Shown: positions 52,594 to 62,010, counted from the first letter of the stretch. The stretch: 64,000 nucleotides of DNA from an uncultured delta proteobacterium (GCA_963699755.1 CAVOVB010000001.1:1504001-1568000); one strand, 5' to 3'. Notes: generated from the sequence alone by a model not told the origin. A program made the numbers and translations.

Positions 52594-53004
52594 TCAGAAG
52601 CTGACCCTGATCAGCGGCGCCATGAAGTCGGAGTTGAGCACGATGGGCGCCCCTGCCGAGTCCCGGTTCACAGGCCAGCGAAAGAGTGAATCGCTGGCGC
52701 CAGGGTCGACTTCGGAAAGATCGAGCCAGGTCAGTCTGGGTCGGACGATTTTCGTGGGTGGCGTCGGAGCTACCGGAGCCCTGAGCTCAAACGGGCTCAA
52801 GCGAACGCCATACGGTTGACCGGAGCTTGCCGCGGCTTCTGCAGACGACGGCGCTCCATCGAGGAGCAGGTCAGCGGACAGGAGGGCGGGGGCTGGCGTC
52901 AAATGGTTTGCACCGACCTTGCTGACGACGATGTCTTGGGCCAGCGCCGCTACAGCTACGGCGATGAGAGCGATCATCCTGCGGGCACCTTCGGAACGAA
53001 TCAT
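52594..53004 (-). CDS. Hypothetical small secreted protein
   Basis: SD aggagg, hydrophobic N-terminus, terminal Phe. Confidence 0.5.
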   Translation of the reverse strand: MIRSEGARRMIALIAVAVAALAQDIVVSKVGANHLTPAPALLSADLLLDGAPSSAEAAASSGQPYGVRLSPFELRAPVAPTPPTKIVRPRLTWLDLSEVDPGASDSLFRWPVNRDSAGAPIVLNSDFMAPLIRVSF

Positions 53005-53076
53005 CAGTAACCTCCTGATCAGGATTGTCCGGCCAGGCTCGAACGTCGGCAATCCAGATAGTTTAGCGGTCTGACG

Positions 53077-53089
53077 TAGATAATATCTA
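53077..53089. promoter_or_regulatory. Second LysR-type box
   Basis: Palindrome TAGATAATATCTA, similar to the box at 51636. Confidence 0.55.
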
Positions 53090-53291
53090 TATCACCGAAC
53101 CGGGCTTTCCGACGGAAACCGACCGACGCAAGTCCGCCGTTTTCCTGACCCCGGCTGCGGGACACCCTTGAAATCACTTGGCTTTGCGGCTCGCACGCGG
53201 CGTCCGCGACGTCGGGCCCAGCCTCTAGCCTTCGTGCGTGACCCTGGGGAAACGGCAGCCGTGAGTTGGCGCCTGAACCGAGCTGCGCGGG

Positions 53292-53972
53292 CTACTGGCA
53301 GACCATGACGGTGTCCTCGTTGTCCATTTCAAACGGCGCTTCGAGCGGCGCCGGCCGGGGATTGCCGGCGAGGAGCAACCCGGAGTTGTCGGCTTCGACA
53401 TTCGTCCAGGCCGCGTCACGTCCGTCGGGGCCGCTCGCTAGCATGGCATTGATCCAGTCGACGACGGTAGGGAAGCCACCGGTCGTGTCCGTGTAGACAT
53501 CGCCGAAATCGCAGCTCGCCTCCCACCATGTCGTCGCGCCAAGCGGGCTCATGTCGAGCATGATGTTGTAGAAGCCGGTCTGGCCTCCGGGGCGTCAACG
53601 ACCCCTGGAATGCATTCAGCCAGATCGGCATCGAAGCTCCAGTTGCCGAATTCGTTCGTGAGGCACTCCTGGGTGATTCCGTTGCCTGCATCGGCGAGCC
53701 CATTTCTCGACGACCCGGGAGTTGTGGTACCCGCGGTGCTCGATCGTAGGCTCCTCGGCGTACTCCTGGATCGTGTCGCCGAACTGGACGTCACCGGTAC
53801 AATAGGACACGAATACGATGTGCCAGTCCTTGAAGGGGTTGTCCTCGTTCGTCAGGTCAGCAAAGCCGGAGGAGCGAGTGCTTGGGTTGTCGCCTTCGGT
53901 CGCCGTATCTGCACAGGTCGGAACGAGGCACGTGAACGCATCCCAGCATGCGCCTCCGACTTGGCAGTACAT
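53292..53972 (-). pseudogene. Pectinacetylesterase-family fragments
   Basis: GGACWD, NPFKDWHIVFVSYCTGDV, HRGYHN; frame break and deletion near 53695. Confidence 0.7.
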
Positions 53973-54349
53973 CAGCTCCGCTCGACTGCGTACAGCACCA
54001 TCGCCGCGACCAAGCAGACGGCGGCCACGACGTCCCCCATGACGACCGTACGGATCGCAGGGCCGTAGCGGCCCACCTTGAACGCGAGATAGAAGAACGA
54101 AAGCAGGCTCGCGGCGGCTGCGACAAACGCGAGCGGCTGAACGGCCGGGACGAAGGCGGCATAGGCGAAGAATACCCCGAGGATGCCGAACAGAACGGCC
54201 CGGTGCCGCATGAGGATCTCCAGCTCGGGGCTATCGATCTCGATTCCATAGAGCGCAGCCAGCCGCGTAGGCCCGAGAAATCCAGTGATCGGAACCAGAT
54301 GAATCGCGGCAACGACCAGCATCAGTCCCGCGATGATGTTCTTCAGCAT
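53972..54349 (-). CDS. Small 4-TM membrane protein
   Basis: IHLVP...LYGI...LMRHRAVLFG; SD aggagg. Confidence 0.7.
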   Translation of the reverse strand: MLKNIIAGLMLVVAAIHLVPITGFLGPTRLAALYGIEIDSPELEILMRHRAVLFGILGVFFAYAAFVPAVQPLAFVAAAASLLSFFYLAFKVGRYGPAIRTVVMGDVVAAVCLVAAMVLYAVERS

Positions 54350-54802
54350 CCGGCGATCCTCCTAGCCCCCGCGCATGCGGTCAATGCCGGAAAGCGCCCC
54401 GCGATCATCGCGCAGTACCGAGCCGCTGACCTACGCCGCCACGATCGGCTCTCTTAGCCCATCCGGCTCAAGGTGAGCGCCCAATTTCGCGGGACTAGCG
54501 CGTTCTGTCGACTGGGACGCGAACCGGAAAAAGGCCTCTATGTCGACTTCTGTGAAGCGGCGTCCCCCGTCAAGTTCAAAGTTCTGGGTTGTCTAGCCGT
54601 TTTGGCGAGATGGTCGGCATCCTTCTGTTCGCGCTCGCCTGAGGCAGCTTCTTGCTGCGGCGCATGGTGGGATTCGAGGGCTGGCCGGCGCCATCTATGC
54701 TTCGGCTCCAAAAAAGTAGCCAAAATTCAACGCGCTCGGCCCCCGCAATTTGGACTCATCGCGGGAAGGCGTGTGTGTCAGTTCTCCTTTGGGATGTTCG
54801 GG

Positions 54803-55602
54803 TCACGCAGCATGGGCTGCAGAGATGTTGTGTCTTCCGAAGTCGGTGCCATCGCGCCACATCGCAAACAAGATGCCGGCGAGCTTTCGCGCCAAGGCGA
54901 CCGCGGCGATACGCTTGCCTCGTCGAATCGCAATCCGGTGAGCCCATGCGCGAAGCGCTTCGTTGTCCGCGCGTCGGCTTCGCAGCAATTGCCGTGAGGC
55001 CTCGACCACGAGTGCGCGCATGCGCCGGTTGCCCGCATTGGTGATGTGGCCTCAGCGTTGTTTCTCGCCGCTGCTGAGCTCCCGCGGCACAAGCCCTAGA
55101 TAAGCGCGCACCCGTTTGGCGTGCGCAAAGCGTTCGACCCGGTCGACGATAGCCACAAATGAAATCGCTGTGACCGGACCCACGCCAGCCGCGGTGCACA
55201 ATCGCTTGGCGACCTCATGGGTCCTGACTTGTTCGGCGAGGGCTTTGTCCGCGGCCTTGAGCTCTGCGTTGACCGAGCGCATCAGATCGAGCAGCGGCGC
55301 CACGTTCGCTCCGAAGGCTTCGGGCAAGTCGAGCTCGCCTAGGCGCTCAGCAAACGTGGCGGCCCCGCCGCTGCGCACGCGGTAGCCTTGCTGCCTCAAG
55401 AGCGCCCGAATCAGACGAATGTGACGGGTCCGCGTTTGCACCAGCGCCTCGCGCACCGCATGCGGGGCTTGTCGCGTTTCCCGAGCCACTTCGCAAAGCT
55501 CTGTCGGTCGGTGCCGATCCGCCGCTCGATGAGCTGCCCCGTTTCGGTCCGGATGCAGACTTGGCTTGCGTTCTTGTGCACGTCGATTCCAATATGGTCC
55601 AT
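54803..55602 (-). mobile_element. IS110-family transposase pseudogene (internal deletion, TGA at 55052)
   Basis: HIGIDVHK (DEDD), GVGPVTA, AYLGLVPRELSSG, VALARKL. Confidence 0.9.
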
Positions 55603-55947
55603 GGCTGGCCTCCACTGCGGCGATTGACCGCGTTTATTGTGTGTGGGGCATCTTGCCACCACGTCGTGGCGGCCAGCCGCTTCATTTCATCTACGCTCCT
55701 TCACACGGTAGTCGAATCGGACTTTTCGATTTGCAAACCGATCAACAGAAGCATGCTGTGCTCGATGCAAATTGTGCACCGTGGCGAAGGGAATGCGTCC
55801 CACGAAGGTGCAAGTCGACTTGAGGTACTGCATAGCTGTTGCATGTTCCACGACAGGAGGAGGAGCGCCCTTCGCCGTTCGTTGCGTCGGCCAACTCCGA
55901 CGATGGATGACCGCTCGGTGTTGGGACGAGGGTGCGCATGCCGCGCG

Positions 55948-56292
55948 CGCACGCTTCGCGCCGCCGCCCGTGCCGCCGGCTTAGAGCCCGATCGCGCATC
56001 GCAGGTCAAGCCATACGACTTCCGGCACAGCGTCGCGACGGAGCTCACGGAACGTTCAGGGAACCTTCTCGGTGTCGGCTACCTGCTCGGGCACCGCCAC
56101 GCGACCACCACCAACCAGTACGTTCATGCGCGTCGCCGCGCGGCCGAGGCAGTTCTTTTGGGACAGAATTCGGGACAGATTGAAAGTAGTTTCGAGGTGC
56201 CCACAATCGGCGATCGAGCTAACCCCCCGACATCACTTCAGTGCGAGGGACAGGACTCGAACCTGCACGCCCTAAGGACACTGGAACCTAAA
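55948..56292 (+). pseudogene. 3' remnant of a tyrosine integrase from an older tandem IME
   Basis: KPYDFRHSVATELTERSGNLLGVGYLLGHRHATTTNQYVH is identical to the intact integrase. Confidence 0.9.
56242..56292 (-). repeat. att site: duplicated 3' half of tRNA-Leu up to the anticodon loop
   Basis: 51-bp identity with 63454-63504; diverges right after ...gaacctaaa. Confidence 0.95.
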
Positions 56293-56377
56293 CGTAGGCC
56301 AGGCCCCCCACTTCCCGCGAATTTATTGGGGAAAGATGCGTCAGCAGACGTCCTGAGAGGTAGTGAAAAGACGCATT

Positions 56378-56390
56378 CGGGACAGGATGT
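56378..56390 (-). other. Candidate oriT nic site ACATCCTG/TCCCG
   Basis: Fits the MOB_P YATCCTG/Y consensus; about 270 bp upstream of mobC. Confidence 0.55.
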
Positions 56391-56657
56391 CCCAGATACA
56401 GGCGTCGTTGTGACGATGTCTGATGTTCGTGCGTGCGCCAGGGCGCTCGTCCAACGTGTCGCCGAAGGTGGGGAGATCCCGATGGCGTCATTGCGCGATC
56501 TTGCCGAGCTCGCGCTGCGTTCGGAGTTGGTTGCCGTCAGCCAACAGCTACTCGACGGGCCGCCCGAGTTTGCGCTCAGGCGGGCGATGGAGCTTGCGGG
56601 TTTGGTCTTGGCGGTAGTTGCTACCGATGAGCACGCGGAAGAAAAGGAGGCGGCCAA

Positions 56658-57005
56658 GTGAAGCGAAACGAGGCGAGGAAGCTGAAGTCCTGCATGATCT
56701 CGTTTCGGGTCGATGAGGACTACCTCAGTCGGCTCGATGCTCTGGCGCAGCAAACCAGCTATTCGCGCGCAGAGGTGCTTCGTCGATGCCTTGTCGGGGC
56801 TCCGCTCAAGAGCACCGTCGATGCACAGGCGCTCACCAAGGTTGCACGGGTGCACGCCGACCTCAACCGCATCGGTGGTCTTCTCAAGCTCGCGATTCGA
56901 GAGGGCGTGTCTGACCCGTCCAGCCACAACAGGCTGAACCTCGAGCTCATCGACTCCATCATCCAAGTCCGTCGGGCGGTGGAGCGTTTGGCAGGGCGTC
57001 GGTGA
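56658..57005 (+). CDS. mobC: Relaxosome accessory RHH protein
   Basis: ISFRVDEDY...AEVLRR, DLNRIGGLLKL; GTGA overlap with the relaxase gene. Confidence 0.88.
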   Translation: MKRNEARKLKSCMISFRVDEDYLSRLDALAQQTSYSRAEVLRRCLVGAPLKSTVDAQALTKVARVHADLNRIGGLLKLAIREGVSDPSSHNRLNLELIDSIIQVRRAVERLAGRR

Positions 57006-58240
57006 TCGTCCGGCACCAACGTGCATCAGCGAGCAACAGGGGCTTTCGTCAGCTCGCCCGCTACATTCAGGGTCGAAGCGACAAGCCGCGAACGACCTGG
57101 TTCCTGGCAGCAAATCTGCCTGGAGTGACCGGGCCCCGCAACCTCGAGCTCGCCTGCCGACTCGTCGAGGCCGTGCACGCGCAGAACACCCGCGCGGGGA
57201 GAAAACGTACCTATCATCTCGTCGTCTCGCTTCACCCGGAAGACCGAAGCCTCGACAGGAACGAGTTCAGGCGTGTTGTGGAAAACCTCGTGGAGACTTT
57301 GGGGTTTTCCGGTCATCAGTACATCGCCGCGCGTCACAACGACAAAGACCATGAGCACGTTCATGTAGCCATCCACAAGATCCACCCGGAGACCTTTCGG
57401 ATTCACTCGCCGGCGTGGAGCCACCAGAAGCTCTTCACCGTGAGCCGTGCGCTCGAACTAGAGCTCGGACTCACGCCGCTTCGGCCGAGAGTGCGTGATC
57501 GTGAGAAGGTCCCGCAGAGGGCGGCGGACCACGAAGCTCACCACGGGGTCGACAGCTTCGCTCGCTGGGCCCGGAAGGAGCTTGGTCCCGCACTTCGAGC
57601 CGTGCAGGTCCGGAGCTGGGACGATGTTCACGACGTCTGCGCCACTCTTGGCGTCGTGCTTCGGCCACATGGCAACGGCCTCGTCTTCGAGGATGTCGAG
57701 CAAGGCGTGCGCGTCAAGGCGTCGTTCGTGGGCCGCGCGCTCAGCAAGCCGCGCCTGTGCCAACGGTTCGGAGCCTTCCACCGAGCGCCCGCGCATCAGC
57801 TGGAAGCTGCAAGAACTGCGACCCGGCGATACTCCCCCGCCCCTCCCATCGCGCCGCAGGGCCTGTGGAAGGAATACGAGCAGAGCCTGATCCAAGCTCG
57901 TACGCAGCGCCAAGACGCATGGGATAGCTACCGGCATGCTGCCGCGCGCGAGCGCCAGGAGCTCAAGCAGAAGTATCGCCGTCAGCGGAACGTCATCAAC
58001 GCCTTACCCGTGTCAGCCCGCGATCGAGGCCAGCTTGTGCGACAACTCGCGCTTCGGCAGACCATGGAAACTCGAGCTCTGAGGCGAAAACTCGCGATCC
58101 AACGGAAAGCCATCCAGAAGACCTGGCACCCTGGCACGTGGCGCCATTTCGTCACCAGTCGCGCCGCGCAGCGCGACGCCCGCGCGATTCGACTTCGAGA
58201 GCGGGAACGCGGCGGTTCCGAGCAAGAACGGGAGTTGTGA
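57002..58240 (+). CDS. MOB_P (TraI/MobA-type) relaxase
   Basis: LARYI catalytic Tyr, YHLVVSLHPED, HNDKDHEHVHVAI HUH motif. Confidence 0.92.
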   Translation: MIVRHQRASASNRGFRQLARYIQGRSDKPRTTWFLAANLPGVTGPRNLELACRLVEAVHAQNTRAGRKRTYHLVVSLHPEDRSLDRNEFRRVVENLVETLGFSGHQYIAARHNDKDHEHVHVAIHKIHPETFRIHSPAWSHQKLFTVSRALELELGLTPLRPRVRDREKVPQRAADHEAHHGVDSFARWARKELGPALRAVQVRSWDDVHDVCATLGVVLRPHGNGLVFEDVEQGVRVKASFVGRALSKPRLCQRFGAFHRAPAHQLEAARTATRRYSPAPPIAPQGLWKEYEQSLIQARTQRQDAWDSYRHAAARERQELKQKYRRQRNVINALPVSARDRGQLVRQLALRQTMETRALRRKLAIQRKAIQKTWHPGTWRHFVTSRAAQRDARAIRLRERERGGSEQEREL

Positions 58241-58304
58241 GATGCAAGGAGACGGAGTGGAGACGCAGATGGGCGAGCCAAACGCGGTCTAGCGGTGCGT
58301 CGCA

Positions 58305-58367
58305 AGTCGAAATAACGAGCTAGTACCGCGCAATTTGGCGTCTACGATGAGCCCGATGGGCAGAGAG
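58305..58367 (+). repeat. Dispersed dif-like repeat, copy C
   Basis: agtcgaaataacgagctagtaccgcgcaatttggcgtctacgatgagcccgatgggcagagag. Confidence 0.8.
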
Positions 58368-58538
58368 TCAAACTCGGTCGGATCTCTTGGTGGGATCTCT
58401 TGGGTCGGTCAACCTGAGTCGGATTCTCCAACTCACAGCGCGGACAGGGCCTTTGTTCCTACTACGACCGTCGCAACGTGTGTTAGCCGGAGGGCGACAA
58501 ACAGAATCAGTCACTCTGGTCGGAAGCGACCACGAGGT

Positions 58539-59333
58539 CTACAGGGCCAGGTTGAGCTCATCGACGAGGACCACAGCATTCCAAGCCGCGTGCAATAGCA
58601 TCCCAGGGTAGATGCTGTTCGACCGGTTTCGAAGCCAGCCGAACATGAGGCCCATCCCGAAGTGCGTGATGAAGATAATGGGGGAGAGGTGAAGCACGCT
58701 AAACAGAGCCGCCTGGACGATCCAGGCCTCCGTCTGGGTCAGCACACCCGCCAGCCTCGTCTGGATCACCCCTCTGAAGGCAAGCTCCTCCCAGACCGCC
58801 GGCGCGATGCTGATTGCTACGAAGACTAGCCACGTGGGAACTCCCGCTTCGATGTAACGTTCGCTCACTATCAAGAACGGAACCCCGAGAGAGTCGAGCC
58901 CCCTGAAAACGGCAAAGAACAGGAGCACGAAGGCAAGGCTGGAACCGAGAAACACGACAACGCCAGCGAGGCTCGGTAGCCGCAACGCCAATAGAGGTCG
59001 AATGTCATCGTAGAAGCGCACGCAGAAGCCCAGTGTCACGATGGCATCCAGTGCGCCGAAGGCGTGGATCAGCAAGAGGGACTCGTTGAATCGTGACACC
59101 AGACCCAACACCAGGGAGGTGCCAAGGTAGACCAAGTAGAGCCCGACCAGAGGCTCTACGTATCCCCAAGCGGAAGCACCAGCGCGATGCGACGGCTGTG
59201 CCGCGAGGGCGGACTCAACTGCCGACTCGGCGTCCGTCGGGGCTCCACACCGCGGGCAGAACTTTGCGGAAGCGCGCAGGGGAGTATCGCAGGCGCGGCA
59301 CAGTCCGACGCCTCCCCCAGCCGGAGGACTCAT
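58539..59333 (-). CDS. Zinc-ribbon CPBP (CAAX/Abi) intramembrane metalloprotease
   Basis: CRAC...FCPRCG, EELAFRG, FSVLH, LHAAWN. Confidence 0.9.
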   Translation of the reverse strand: MSPPAGGGVGLCRACDTPLRASAKFCPRCGAPTDAESAVESALAAQPSHRAGASAWGYVEPLVGLYLVYLGTSLVLGLVSRFNESLLLIHAFGALDAIVTLGFCVRFYDDIRPLLALRLPSLAGVVVFLGSSLAFVLLFFAVFRGLDSLGVPFLIVSERYIEAGVPTWLVFVAISIAPAVWEELAFRGVIQTRLAGVLTQTEAWIVQAALFSVLHLSPIIFITHFGMGLMFGWLRNRSNSIYPGMLLHAAWNAVVLVDELNLAL

Positions 59334-60127
59334 GTCTGTAGGCTGCGTTGCTGGAAGCCTGCCTTGATACCGCGATACAGCATCGCGACGATGATTATCT
59401 TTAGGACGATGCCTTGGCCTATCGTCGCAGGGTCAACGATCGCTGAGATGACCTGCACTGCCAAATAAGTCCCAGCGGCAACCAGCACGGCGGGCAGAGG
59501 CGAGCGCCGTCCCCAGAAATAGAGCCCCGCCATCACGACCGCGAGGAGGATGTTAACGAGGAGAACCCCAATCGGTTCCCATTCGACCATCTCCCGCAAC
59601 TCCCCCACGGTAACGATGTTTCCGTTCACGGGTTCGGACCACTGCGCAGCTGCGTCGTATTGCGCTAGCTTCTCGAGTGCATCCTGAGCCCGGCTGTACT
59701 GGATTCCACCAAGCAGTAGGCCCGCCAATAAGAACAGTATGGAGAGTGCTCCGATAACGCCGTTAGCGCCCTTGATGCTGAGATCCAACTGCTGCACTTC
59801 GGGAGGCTGTGCTGGCGTGCCACACGACTCGCAGAACTTGTCGTACGCCTTCATCTCGGCGGAACACTTCTCACATCGAATCTTCGTGCCTACAGCCGCT
59901 AGTCGAGCCATCTCGCCATTCACGCGAAGCTCAACGGTCTGCTGGGTGAGGCCCCATGTCACGAAGGCTTCCGCCATTCTTCCGTCGGAGAGAGAGAATT
60001 TGGGTCCCGTCTTTCCCGAAAACTCCTGTACAGGCTCGCCGTTAAGTGAAACTTGCCTCCTCCCATTCCAGCGGAGCTTCAGGCTCACGATGTCCTCCGG
60101 CCCGACTTCCCACTCAAACTTCGCCAT
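59330..60127 (-). CDS. Zinc-ribbon membrane protein
   Basis: CEKC...FCESCG plus 4 TM; ATGA overlap with the CPBP gene. Confidence 0.75.
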   Translation of the reverse strand: MAKFEWEVGPEDIVSLKLRWNGRRQVSLNGEPVQEFSGKTGPKFSLSDGRMAEAFVTWGLTQQTVELRVNGEMARLAAVGTKIRCEKCSAEMKAYDKFCESCGTPAQPPEVQQLDLSIKGANGVIGALSILFLLAGLLLGGIQYSRAQDALEKLAQYDAAAQWSEPVNGNIVTVGELREMVEWEPIGVLLVNILLAVVMAGLYFWGRRSPLPAVLVAAGTYLAVQVISAIVDPATIGQGIVLKIIIVAMLYRGIKAGFQQRSLQT

Positions 60128-60264
60128 AAGATCGAATTGTAGACCAAGGTCCCGTTTCTCGCATCAGCGCACAGATTGCGGTTCCTGGATGCGCTCGCAC
60201 GAGTCTTACCCAACGCGGCAAGGAGCGCATCGTAACTTCAAAGGACCTTTCCGGTTCGCGCCCC

Positions 60265-60326
60265 ACGCGACATAACATGGAGTACCGCGAAATTCGGCGC
60301 TCATCGTCCTCCCGATGGGCTAAGAG
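60265..60326 (+). repeat. Dispersed dif-like repeat, copy D
   Basis: acgcgacataacatggagtaccgcgaaattcggcgctcatcgtcctcccgatgggctaagag. Confidence 0.85.
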
Positions 60327-60328
60327 AG

Positions 60329-60443
60329 CTCGAAGGACCGCCGGAGTTCGCGCTCAGGCGAGCGATGGAACTGTCGGGCTTGATCTTGGCTTGGGCAGCT
60401 ACCGGTGAGTGCAAGGCAGAGGAGGAGGGAGGCGTCCAAGTGA
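60329..60443 (+). pseudogene. Diverged copy of the segment preceding mobC
   Basis: EGPPEFALRRAMELSGLIL matches DGPPEFALRRAMELAGLVL at 56551-56661. Confidence 0.8.
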
Positions 60444-60478
60444 GGCGAATCAGACCATCCGACGACAGCACCGTGCTG

Positions 60479-60790
60479 TCAGACGGGACGATCCGCCCAG
60501 TATCCGGGTCGGCGCTTGAGGTGCGCCACCGCAAAGATCGTCACGGTATCCGAGTCAAAGTCGTATCGATAGATGAGCCCAAACGGAAATCGCTGCATGA
60601 GGTAGCGGCGATAGGGTTCGTCGATGAGCGGCCAACCCTCTGGGTTGTCGAGAATGTGATCAATCGCGACCTCGAGCTTCCGCGCGAAGTTCCTCGCGGC
60701 AGAGGCTGAGCGGAACTTGTACCAAAGACGCGCGCGACGAGCTTCGTCGGCCGCTTCCGGATGAATGATGAGCTCGGGTTGCTGGCTCAC
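60479..60790 (-). CDS. RelE/ParE-family toxin
   Basis: HPEAADE...WY, RRYLMQRFPFGLIY, AVAHLKRRPGYW. Confidence 0.9.
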   Translation of the reverse strand: MSQQPELIIHPEAADEARRARLWYKFRSASAARNFARKLEVAIDHILDNPEGWPLIDEPYRRYLMQRFPFGLIYRYDFDSDTVTIFAVAHLKRRPGYWADRPV

Positions 60791-61011
60791 GTGCCGAGCA
60801 TGATGCGACGGGCTTGAGCCCAAGTGAGCCCTTGAACTTGTCCCGTTTTGAGCTCGCGAGCGCGCTTGTGGACCTCCTCGATCCAGGCTTGCTCGACATC
60901 CGCTTCATCGCTCTCTTCGAGACTGTCGATCAACGAGGATACCAAGCGAGCGCGTTGGCGGACCGGAAGCTTCATCGCCTCCTCGAGCAGCTTCTTCGCC
61001 TCATCGGTCAT
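60787..61011 (-). CDS. Addiction-module antitoxin
   Basis: AMKLPVRQRARLVSSLIDSL...AWIEEVHKR; overlaps the toxin start. Confidence 0.9.
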   Translation of the reverse strand: MTDEAKKLLEEAMKLPVRQRARLVSSLIDSLEESDEADVEQAWIEEVHKRARELKTGQVQGLTWAQARRIMLGT

Positions 61012-61156
61012 GCTCCGATTATGCCCGATCGGGTGTGCTGTCGCTACCGCCCGCGTTCTCCGTGCGCCGCGTCTACATGACGACCGAGCTAAGCGACCTG
61101 GCCCAGGGAGCCCTCGCGTCCTTTCGTCTCGAGTGCTACTCTCTGGCCGCTTCGCC

Positions 61157-61648
61157 ATGCGCGTGCCTGCGCTAGTATCCGTGATTCTGTGCGTCTCGTT
61201 CGTCTGCTTCGCCTGCTCCTCAGGCGGCGCCGGGGTCGGTACAGGAGGGGCGGGAGGCCCAGCCGGGATGGGTGGTGCCGCTGGCCGAGGCGGCGCAGGT
61301 GGCATAGGTGCCGACGCGTGTCGCGGACCCCTTGAGGATTACTGCTCTCGATGCCCGACGTACGAAGCGGCGTTTGCCGAGGCTTTCGAGGGATTTGAGA
61401 TCTGCAGCGACGACGGCCCAAGGACAGATCTGCCCGCTGCCGGGACTTGCGGGGAGCTCCGCTGGATCGTGACGTGGGACGTGGTCGACGAGTATTTCGA
61501 GTACTTCGATGCGTCCGGCACGCTGGTCGGAGCGACCTTCGTGACGGACGTGTTCGTTCTGTGTGACGGATCGTCTGCCAGCAAGGACTATGGAATAGTG
61601 CCCGACTGCGAGCGGGTGACCACCACCAGGGTGTGCGAGCCGCAATAG
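61157..61648 (+). CDS. Gly-rich-linker, Cys-rich lipoprotein
   Basis: CFAC lipobox, GTGGAGG linker, 8 Cys in the body. Confidence 0.7.
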   Translation: MRVPALVSVILCVSFVCFACSSGGAGVGTGGAGGPAGMGGAAGRGGAGGIGADACRGPLEDYCSRCPTYEAAFAEAFEGFEICSDDGPRTDLPAAGTCGELRWIVTWDVVDEYFEYFDASGTLVGATFVTDVFVLCDGSSASKDYGIVPDCERVTTTRVCEPQ

Positions 61649-61950
61649 ACCTCTCTGCGCCAGAGACGACCGAACGTCGAAGTCGTCAAATAGCCCTTAC
61701 GAGCACCCGCATGATGCCTACCGAGCCCCTGCGCGAATAAGCCGAAGGCGTTGAGCGCGGCATGCGGGGACTGAGACATCTTCGATGTCTTACAATCCCA
61801 CATCTTGCCCGGTACCCAGCATGGTCCGAACTGACCAAGACTGGCGGAATCTGTCACAGGCTGACCTTTTTTGGCGCGTTCTGAATCCTTTTGGAGTCTT
61901 CTGCGCTGTCTTGGATTGAAAGGGAGCCATTTCGCGTCAATCGATTCCAC

Positions 61951-62010
61951 GTCTAGTCAAAGTTGGTCAACCTTGGTCAGTTTGTGACAGTAGAGGACAG
62001 AATGTGACTG
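61951..62010 (+). promoter_or_regulatory. Six helically phased 10-bp repeats upstream of xis
   Basis: gtctagtcaa/agttggtcaa/ccttggtcag/tttgtgacag/tagaggacag/aatgtgactg. Confidence 0.55.

Noticed and set aside
55561..55947. 5' part of the 366-aa ORF as a full integrase
   Set aside because: Runs through the IS110 end and unrelated DNA; similarity to int starts only near 55948
39433..60326. Dispersed repeat as integron attC sites
   Set aside because: Only one copy has a proper RYYYAAC, there is no matching GTTRRRY or long attC hairpin, and no IntI-type integrase
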